In this document: positions 11,757-20,229 of the stretch, one piece after another
Numbering within the stretch: position 1 is the first letter of the stretch
Layout of the letters: the number at the start of each line of letters is the position of its first letter
Assembly: GCA_024626585.2 (NCBI GenBank)
Contig: JANKJI020000004.1
Location: 44,496,155 to 44,516,383 of the forward strand
Length of the DNA stretch: 20,229 nt
Source of the DNA: Ginkgo biloba
Taxonomy: Eukaryota > Plantae > Ginkgophyta
Reading direction: 5' to 3'
Notes under the pieces: generated by a model
What the model was told of the DNA's origin: nothing
What the model saw: the letters and a program-made list of their open reading frames with translations, nothing else
The model's database searches: none
Translations under genes and position numbers: made by a program

Positions 11757-14478
11757 AAATTTTCAACGGGGACGTTGAACAGTTGTATTTGGCAAGATGT
11801 TAGACGACGCATATTCACAAAGATGTATGCGGTGGCAGTTTTGAAAGCCAGTCACTCCAGTCGCAGTTATAACAACAGTCCTTGGTTCCACTCATATGGA
11901 CAGACTGCTGTTGCAGTTATAATGATAGTTGTTGATCGTAACATTGATGACCATATCCAGTCACAGTGCTAACAACTCTTTGATTGTAGCAATGGCAATA
12001 GTCATTGGTTGTAGCATCAATGATAGATTTCAATTGCAACTCCATCAGTAAGCAATTGAAGCCCAGAACTTGGTTGCAACATGAATTAGTCACAGAATAA
12101 GTTAGTTAGGATAAAAGACAAAGGATAATCTTGTAAAAGGTTAAGTTCCTTAGTTCGCTAAAACACAAATTAGTAAATGATGTAGTTAGTGATTCGAATG
12201 CTCACGACACCTGTACATTGACTCTTTGAAAAGGCACCCAATTTCCTATAAATGTAATCACATAAGGGCAAGAACACAACCATTAATGCATCCATCAATC
12301 CCTCCATTAGCAATCCATATTATGTATTGTCATCACATATAAACATTATATCTCTTTTCTATTCCATTGTGCTCAATGTGTAAGCTTATACTTGTCATTT
12401 ATTACTAGTCTGACTGTTATTCTACATGATGCATGCATGAAAATGATGAGCAGAGACAGCCATGCCATGTTGGCCCCCAACTGCTGCACAGCCTAAGATT
12501 GCCCCCGTATGGGTGAGAGAAATACGGACTGGTCCTTACAGCTACAAACATGTTGGTACCAATGCAGTTTAGCACTGTTATTTAACCCCTTTATTGTGTA
12601 TGTTCAGCTAGTAAACAATTATCCAACTTTGTAATTTGCTCAAATCCAGCATAGATACCCGTTTGGCCTCACTACAGATAGGCTTCTTCCATAGTAGTAC
12701 AGCCTAGGGATAATATATGCTCCTTTCTCTAGAGAAACCAATACCTTTGTTTTCATGGTGCACACCTATGCTACTATCCCTCATTTGTTTATCATTATCT
12801 GCACCACATGTTTGTTGATGTAACAACTGAAGGAAGTGGACAATAATAGATATAGTCATTTTATGATATATATTAGAATGCAATTAAACTTCTCTGATAG
12901 TGCTTAATTTTTCTCCTTTTTCCTTAACTTCTGCATGCATGTTCTCAACAATGACCCCTCAGCATGATCCAACGGCAGTCTCATGGCACCACATTGAATA
13001 CAATTTTGAAGCTAATAAAAGGACCATCCTGGCGCAAACCACATCACACCCACCAGAGTACTGTTAGGTTATGGTAAATGGTGTACTTGGCCCTAGAGCC
13101 TACTAGGTATTTGACTCTAAATCTTCCTCAAACAATTTGTCATTTTTTCCTTCTCGGATGTGCTTTAAACACAATTTTGTTGCAAAAATAGCTAACCATG
13201 ATCAATAATTAGATAATAAAATCTTATTGATGAGTTTGTCAATTGCGCCATACATATAGCCACCCTCCTCATGCTAACTGATTGCGTGTCAATAAATAAT
13301 TGTCATTGTTTTCTACTCAAGTCTACTTGCTTTAGCTTGTGCAACTTCTTTACCCTCTGCATCATACCGATGGAACTATCCTCTTGGATTNNNNNNNNNN
13401 NNNNNNNNNNNNNNNNNNNNNNNNNNNNNNNNNNNNNNNNNNNNNNNNNNNNNNNNNNNNNNNNNNNNNNNNNNNNNNNNNNNNNNNNNNCCACCAAGTG
13501 AGGAAAAATCCATCCACTAGGAAGTCGCCACATAGGACCAAAAACCGCCACGTCAACCGCCTAGCATGCCAATAAACCCAGGGGGTTTTACACACAACAT
13601 CAGGTGCTTTGCAACCCCTCTTTGGCACCGGGATGGACTCCCAAATGAGATGTTCCCCCCTAACTAAAAAAATACACACATAACAGTGCTTCTCGCTACA
13701 AAATAAATGTGATCATGAACAAAAAGTGCACCAATGCAACCTACAAACCCAATCTAGATGTATAGTCCACTATGAGTGCTAGCACACCTCACAAAATTGA
13801 AGCATCTTCAAGGGTTCTTAGGGTGTTAGCACTACTCTCATTGTTAGTTTGCCCAAACGAGTAATAAATGCTCACTGGGACTATGGCTTGTATCATACCA
13901 AGATGGAAAAAAATGCATGAATGCCTTAATATAGACACAACTATACACAATTGATCCCCTTAGTGGATTCCTTACTAGACACATTGTCCCCATGCTAGGT
14001 GTAAGGGTTTATAAACCTGAAACACAAGGGAGTAATAAATATGCTTCAGCCTACTATCCAAGTCATCCATTTTCAACCATAAATATGATAGGATTGCTCT
14101 ATGACCAAGAAATCCCTACTGCAAAGAAGTAATCTCTACAATCCTAGGGTTTACAACTCCCTATACATGCATACATAACTAAAAATTCAAATTTCAAACC
14201 GATTTTATTTTCATTAACATATGGAAACATGTAAAAATAAATGCAGAAAGTAGGGTTTCACTATACATTTACAATTTATGGTAACTTACCAGTTCAAACT
14301 GAATAACTAAAGATTTCAAACCTCTCCATAGGTCAAAATGTCTTAGTTCATCCATTTAGATCCTTGCGACTTGCCTCAGAATGTCAAACACAACGTTATA
14401 GAAGTGCAAAAACTAGGAACTTCTTTTGGAGGTTCTCTAGGCCAATTCTTCTAGTAAATCTTCTATCCAAATCTTGCA

Positions 14479-14583
14479 ATCAAATTGCTTTATCCATAGA
14501 AGAGATCCAAGCACTCCTCTAGGTAAAACATCCATCAAAAAGTTATTATAATGATAGTAGCCCAGCTTCAAAATAGTTACAAC
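14479..14583 (-). mobile_element. Possible gypsy aspartic-protease C-terminal remnant
   Basis: VVTILKLGYYHYNNFLMDVLPRGVLGSLLWIKQFD resembles plant gypsy C.V.F.IG.Y.DEVLCDVVPM...LLG.PWQFD. It lies downstream of the gag remnant on the same strand, as expected. Confidence 0.35.
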
Positions 14584-15094
14584 AAAAAACCAATAGCTTC
14601 TTATGGATGAATCTCCAAGCCAAAACATAGAGAACAACTTCTAGAAGGAAAACACCTAGCGAAAATAATTAGAGAGATGATGTTACGGGTTGCTTAAGTC
14701 GCACAATCCCTTTTTATGCCAATAATTGGGCACAAACTCCCATATAAGGCTGAGCTTAACCTTAGGGATGCCCCAAACCTTTTAGAAATCCTCTATGGCT
14801 CTCTACTATCCCAGATTATTTCTTGAATGGAGGCACCCTCTGTTGGATGACCCTCTCCACTCTTCTTTTCACTATTTTCACTCTCTTAATGATATTTCCA
14901 TGGGTTTTCATCATCATATGCAATATAATTGATCTTGCTCCATCATCAACTTAGGCTTAGACATGTCTTTGAAGGCTGATTTCAAAATTTCCTTATTGGC
15001 TAGATTTGGCCCACTTTTCATAATTAAATTACAGTGGTTTGTTGGGTCTTAACATCTCTCCTTGCTCTATGGAGATCATTTCCCTCAATGATCC

Positions 15095-15265
15095 TTATTT
15101 TTCTAACAAATGCAACAGATTCCCAAGTAACTTCTTCAAATAGTTTATTAGACATTTCCAAAAGATGTTTCGTGATGTTTCTATTTCTTAGCCTCCTTTT
15201 CCCTCATAAAATATTGCAATTGGTTCATGTACTTCCTGTTCTACTTCATGAACATCAAAATAGGT
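15095..15265 (-). mobile_element. Degenerate Ty3/gypsy gag remnant
   Basis: Minus strand reads YFDVHEVEQEVHEPIAIFYEGKGG*, then EEVTWES and FVRKIR after frame changes. This resembles retrotransposon gag YF......KV.IA..L.G.A..WW...TW..F...R. Confidence 0.5.
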
Positions 15266-16439
15266 AGGAAAACAATTATCATATATAGATAAANNNNNNN
15301 NNNNNNNNNNNNNNNNNNNNNNNNNNNNNNNNNNNNNNNNNNNNNNNNNNNNNNNNNNNNNNNNNNNNNNNNNNNNNNNNNNNNNNNNNNNNNATCTATC
15401 CTCTATTGATGGTTTTATGGTTCCTAGCTAAAACCCTAAGACCACACCAATAACCTTAGATTAGAAACCCTACCAGTTACCATGGTTGAAATAATAGACC
15501 ATTAAAATATGACTACAACAACAACCATTTCCTAACAACTACACCAATAGCCACTAGCCCTGTAGCTACACCCATATTTATAACTAGTACAAAATAACAC
15601 AAGCATCCATTCATTTGGAATAATAAATAAAGAGAGGGTTGTGCAAGAAATAATTACAGCGAAGTAAGTTTACCTAGAGAAATTGATAGAGGGTATCTTC
15701 TAAAATTCAAAGCAGTTGTAAGACGTCAAAATTTGAGTCTCCTCAGTGTAGCAACTTAGTTGCAAGTACAAACTAGGCACTCTAATGGTGCAGAGAAAGT
15801 TCACTAGCCCTCTAAAAAAGCAATGACTTCTATATGAGGTTCATTGGGCCTCTAAATGCTATAAAAGTTCCTCCTTATGCCTTCAATTAGGTTGTCCTCA
15901 ACCAAGGAATAGATCTGAGCAGTCAAATTGTGAAAACAGGCAATGTAAGTTGTTGTAGAAGTTCTTCTAGCTACAATCATGCAGGAAATAGATAGTTGCT
16001 AGAAAATGCCACTTGAAAGAGAAAGGTTTTCTATCTAGAATGAAAAATCGTCTTTAGAAGAGGTAGAACGCCTTTAGACGAGAATATGAAGGGTGTTTTA
16101 AGGCCTGTTGAAGCATAATAAGCTCCCTTCAATATCACAAACAAGGTGCAATACTCCACATAAGGGCTTGGCTTATCTCTGAAGTTGTCTTAGTACCTTA
16201 AGGAGTCCTTTGTTGCATCTTATTGCTTGAAATTACATTAAGATAGGAGGTGCCCTTCCCTGGAGCATCTCCCTAGGCATTCTCCTCATAAAAATATTTC
16301 TTTATGACTTTTTTTGGAGCGCTCATCAAAAGATGTAAGATACAAGCACTGGCTTCCAAAGACAACTTCGCTTTGTTTTCACTTATTGAGCCAAGCTTCA
16401 CATGGCTTTTTTGCACTGTAACATCTCACTAGGTGTTCA

Positions 16440-16625
16440 AATGAGCTAGCAATTGCAATCTGTAGATTTCTTCATTTAGTTTTTCAAATACCTTGAATGG
16501 TCCACAATACCTAGGTGAAAGCTATGCACATCTTCCCATGTACAAAGAACTATTTGGTTTAACTCTGAAGTAAACCATGTCTCCCACATCAAAATATCTT
16601 GGTGTTCTTCTCTATCTGCATATAA
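16440..16625 (-). mobile_element. Degenerate Ty3/gypsy integrase C-terminus (GPY/F motif)
   Basis: Minus strand reads YADR/RTPRYFDVGDMVYFRVKPNSSLYMGRCA*LSPRYCGPFKVFEKLNEEIYRLQL, with one frameshift and one stop. This is typical of plant gypsy F.VGD.VYL..KP...KLSPRYCGPF......AYRL.L. Confidence 0.88.
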
Positions 16626-17306
16626 CATGGCGCTTGTGTCCTCTCTATGTTCCTTATACATTCCCTTAACTCATTTTGCATCTCCAAGGAAATTTGAATC
16701 TTTCCTTTAAAATTCTTAAGATATAAATCCNNNNNNNNNNNNNNNNNNNNNNNNNNNNNNNNNNNNNNNNNNNNNNNNNNNNNNNNNNNNNNNNNNNNNN
16801 NNNNNNNNNNNNNNNNNNNNNNNNNNNNNNTTGAGTTAGTTTGTTTACTTTATTTCACATTACTTGCATTGCATATCCGATGGACATACAATGGATGCTT
16901 TAGGAACTCCTCATGGATGCATATGTTTTTTGTTGTCCCATTTACTATTTTTGGTCATTTATAAATATCAACATAATTCTTTTGTTTAGACTCTTTCTCT
17001 TTGTTCCTATCTCTCCCTAGCGGGTGTGTGCAGGAGCCGATGTGTTTGTAGATATAANNNNNNNNNNNNNNNNNNNNNNNNNNNNNNNNNNNNNNNNNNN
17101 NNNNNNNNNNNNNNNNNNNNNNNNNNNNNNNNNNNNNNNNNNNNNNNNTGAAGGCATTTGGTTATTATTATCTTCAGTTCATATAATTGGAAAAAAAAAA
17201 AAAAAATGGATATAATAGAAATCTATGAACAAAATATGACCCTTATTTAACAAACTTTTTAATTCAATTTCAACTATGAAGGTCCTAAATTAATTTTATT
17301 AGTGAG

Positions 17307-17425
17307 GTCCCACTAGTACTATGGATGCAAAAGATAGAGCCCCACTTTCCTTGAGAGCACAATTTGGTACTGATAATACTCGAAATGCCTGCCATGGGTC
17401 TGATTCTCCCCAAGCAGCAAAACAG
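17307..17425 (+). CDS. NME7: Internal coding exon of the NME7 homologue; C-terminal part of the first NDK domain with the catalytic His
   Basis: Translates as (G)PTSTMDAKDRAPLSLRAQFGTDNTRNACHGSDSPQAAKQ, matching NME7 domain A as recalled (GPANSGVARTDASESIRALFGTDGIRNAAHGPDSFASAARE). It fits the NDK active-site pattern N-x2-H-[GA]-S-D-[GSA]-P, with the His codon at 17393-17395. The donor cag|GTGTGC at 17426 falls where similarity ends. The 5' boundary is uncertain (gAG at 17305-17306, in-frame stops upstream). Assigning it to the same gene as 4290-4456 is inferred from strand and domain order. Confidence 0.85.
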
Positions 17426-19399
17426 GTGTGCATCAATCCTTTTGGATTGTTAATAAAGCAAGTTTTATTTCATTATTGTGAAGAATGTGCTTTCATTAGC
17501 AAATTATTCAAATGGTATGCTACTTGGACTAACAACTCAAAAGAAAGGAAATATGTTTTTTTGGAGCAACTTTGTTGAACAAGATAAATATTTACAACTA
17601 TAATATACCTAGAAGGAAATTGTCAAATTTGATGGGAATGACACATAGTATTTGTATGTAAGCTATGACATTGAATTTAAGTTTTTATAACTTCATTTTG
17701 AAAAGTACAATGAAGAAATGCACTTGAAAAATATTTTAAACATGCAACAATAACTCTTGAGAAATAAGATTTAATGATGTCTAAATGTTTGGAGGTTTAT
17801 CAACCAATGTGTTTGTACTCTTAGGTGGTGATGTTATCAATGTTGTAGTGTTATTCCATCTCCTATCTATACGTGTTTACCATTCCATTGATCCTATAAT
17901 TTTTTTATGCTCGTTGACTGGCTCTATTTATTCCTCAACTACAGGGATAATAGATTCCTTTCTCTATGAGGACAAGCACATATTTTGTATATTTATTTTT
18001 TGTTCTATTCTTAAATAAATATCATTGGAAGCTACCATGTATGTATTATACAATTGATTGCAAGTTGACATGCCAACTTTCTCAAGCAAAAGAANNNNNN
18101 NNNNNNNNNNNNNNNNNNNNNNNNNNNNNNNNNNNNNNNNNNNNNNNNNNNNNNNNNNNNNNNNNNNNNNNNNNNNNNNNNNNNNNNNNNNNNNNNNNNN
18201 NNNNNNNNNNNNNNNNNNNNNNNNNNNNNNNNNNNNNNNNNNNNNNNNNNNNNNNNNNNNNNNNNNNNNNNNNNNNNNNNNNNNNNNNNNNNNNNNNNNN
18301 NNNNNNNNNNNNNNNNNNNNNNNNNNNNNNNNNNNNNNNNNNNNNNNNNNNNNNNNNNNNNNNNNNNNNNNNNNNNNNNNNNNNNNNNNNNNNNNNNNNN
18401 NNNNNNNNNNNNNNNNNNNNNNNNNNNNNNNNNNNNNNNNNNNNNNNNNNNNNNNNNNNNNNNNNNNNNNNNNNNNNNNNNNNNNNNNNNNNNNNNNNNN
18501 NNNNNNNNNNNNNNNNNNNNNNNNNNNNNNNNNNNNNNNNNNNNNNNNNNNNNNNNNNNNNNNNNNNNNNNNNNNNNNNNNNNNNNNNNNNNNNNNNNNN
18601 NNNNNNNNNNNNNNNNNNNNNNNNNNNNNNNNNNNNNNNNNNNNNNNNNNNNNNNNNNNNNNNNNNNNNNNNNNNNNNNNNNNNNNNNNNNNNNNNNNNN
18701 NNNNNNNNNNNNNNNNNNNNNNNNNNNNNNNNNNNNNNNNNNNNNNNNNNNNNNNNNNNNNNNNNNNNNNNNNNNNNNNNNNNNNNNNNNNNNNNNNNNN
18801 NNNNNNNNNNNNNNNNNNNNNNNNNNNNNNNNNNNNNNNNNNNNNNNNNNNNNNNNNNNNNNNNNNNNNNNNNNNNNNNNNNNNNNNNNNNNNNNNNNNN
18901 NNNNNNNNNNNNNNNNNNNNNNNNNNNNNNNNNNNNNNNNNNNNNNNNNNNNNNNNNNNNNNNNNNNNNNNNNNNNNNNNNNNNNNNNNNNNNNNNNNNN
19001 NNNNNNNTTGTAAATTGTGTATTTCATTATTATTGTATCTTTTGAAAAATGTACTTAATATATTTTGAAAGCATTTTAGAGTATAGCTCATAGAGATTAC
19101 CAATATTCTCCCAATGAATTTGCATGATCACATGACCAATATCCCTCTTAGAATTTATTTATGAAGAATTAATATATGTCTGAATGATTGATCATTATGT
19201 CTTAAATTATATCAATCATACTATAATTATCAATGAATCCTCTATAGGATAAATTGCCAATTCAGTCCTAAAATTGTTGGACATTTTATTTTTATTAACC
19301 TCACTATTTCCATTTAATCATGGAAATACATAATTTCAAGATTCAATTAAGTATCTAAATGATCCAATAACANNNNNNNNNNNNNTTTCATGCAAATAA

Positions 19400-19830
19400 A
19401 AGGCTGGCACAGGAAGAGCTATTTAGCATGCTATTTTCCCCCCAAAAAAATTCTTACTCCAACTAGGCCATATCTCTTAAATGATGGCACTTACTATCAT
19501 AAAGTTACCATGTTCCCTTATGAAAAAATCAAGGAGAAAATTATTTTGTCATTAGATCATTTATTTCTTATCTAAGGTGCACATGATAACCAATGTATGA
19601 AGTCAAACAATTTTTTCCACAAAACTTCGAGGTCAAATTGTTTTCTCATATCCACTTCCCCTTAATGATTTCACTACCAATCTTACCTCTTTCCCCCAAA
19701 AAAACTACGAGGTTATTCTAAAGTCTCTACCAATTCCAACATGATTCAAAACTTCTTATATTGACCCATCAAGCTCTAAGACCACTATAAAATCCCACCC
19801 TTATGCCTACACAATTAGTTTAATATTTCC
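19400..19830 (-). mobile_element. Possible second, highly decayed LINE endonuclease remnant
   Basis: Minus-strand pieces GWDFIVVLELDG, EVLWKKL and WPSWSKN occur in the order expected for LINE APE motifs (GW.F...DA.G.SGG, FW..L, PTW.N). There are many stops and frameshifts. Confidence 0.3.
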
Positions 19831-20229
19831 TTTGTAGAAAATTTTTCTTAATGGTGCAAATTAATCTCTTACATTTTAAATATGTCATTGTTCAATATTT
19901 ATTTTTATTTACTCATGATACATGTCATTAAGTAGCTTTTCCTCTCTACAAATAAAACACTATAGAAATACAAATATTGTTTTTAAATCATATCATTCAT
20001 ATGCACATGTCCATACACTTAATTTTAATGATGCCATATTGAAACATGATAACTCATAATGCATGTCCTTACACATGGAAAATGTTCATATATGTTTAGT
20101 AGTTTACTTATAATGTATCATGCTAGTGTAAGGTGAGGTCATAAGGTAGAGTTATTAATTATCACATTTCAACTTATTAATTTCGACAATCATTATGCCA
20201 TAATAAAAAGAGAAACAAGACAACTTACA

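Larger units (their letters stand above)
4457..17306 (+). other. TE-expanded intronic interval of the NME7 gene (at least two introns; the exon(s) for about 80-85 aa are not visible)
   Basis: Bounded by a donor and a probable acceptor. The expected intervening peptide (TLA.IKPDA...F...H...PFF...SG...AME...WR.L) was not found by eye in the sequenced parts. Ten N-gaps lie in the interval. Confidence 0.65.

Noticed and set aside
16990-17057. Strong pyrimidine tract plus AG followed by (S)GCVQEPM, a candidate missing NME7 exon
   Set aside because: There is a stop within 10 codons in the relevant frame and no AME/WR motif. The segment is truncated by a gap.
17321-17578. 85-aa ORF as a stand-alone mini-NDK gene
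   Set aside because: The ATG is an internal Met, similarity starts upstream of it (GPTST), and similarity ends at the GT donor at 17426. The remainder is intron read-through.
17964-19103. Long ORFs of 331-379 aa in the ORF track
   Set aside because: Artefacts of reading through the N-gap at 18095-19007.

Overview
This is AT-rich, CpG-poor eukaryotic genomic DNA from a fragmented draft assembly. It has 14 N-gaps, many exactly 100 N. Nothing prokaryotic is visible: no operon, rRNA, tRNA or CRISPR array, and most ORF-track entries are spurious or read through gaps. The clearest gene is a spliced, + strand NME7 homologue (NDK7/FAP67-type, DM10 plus NDK domains). Two exons are visible: a DM10-domain exon at 4290-4456 and an NDK-domain exon at about 17307-17425 carrying the catalytic NACHGSD motif. 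About 12.8 kb separates them, filled with decayed transposons (L1-type LINE endonuclease, Ty3/gypsy gag, protease-like and integrase pieces). That interval also holds a probable captured fragment of an ASHR3/ASHH-type SET-methyltransferase AWS exon and a dead ORF ending in a classical NLS. The other NME7 exons are not visible and presumably lie in gaps or outside the window. The TE-filled intervening DNA and plant-type gypsy and ASHR3 motifs suggest a large-genome land plant, probably a gymnosperm or fern; this is inference. The main open question is whether this ciliary gene is functional (flagellated-sperm lineage) or a relic. I cannot support a wholly new biological system from the sequence. 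All family assignments come from recalled motifs, not from database searches.
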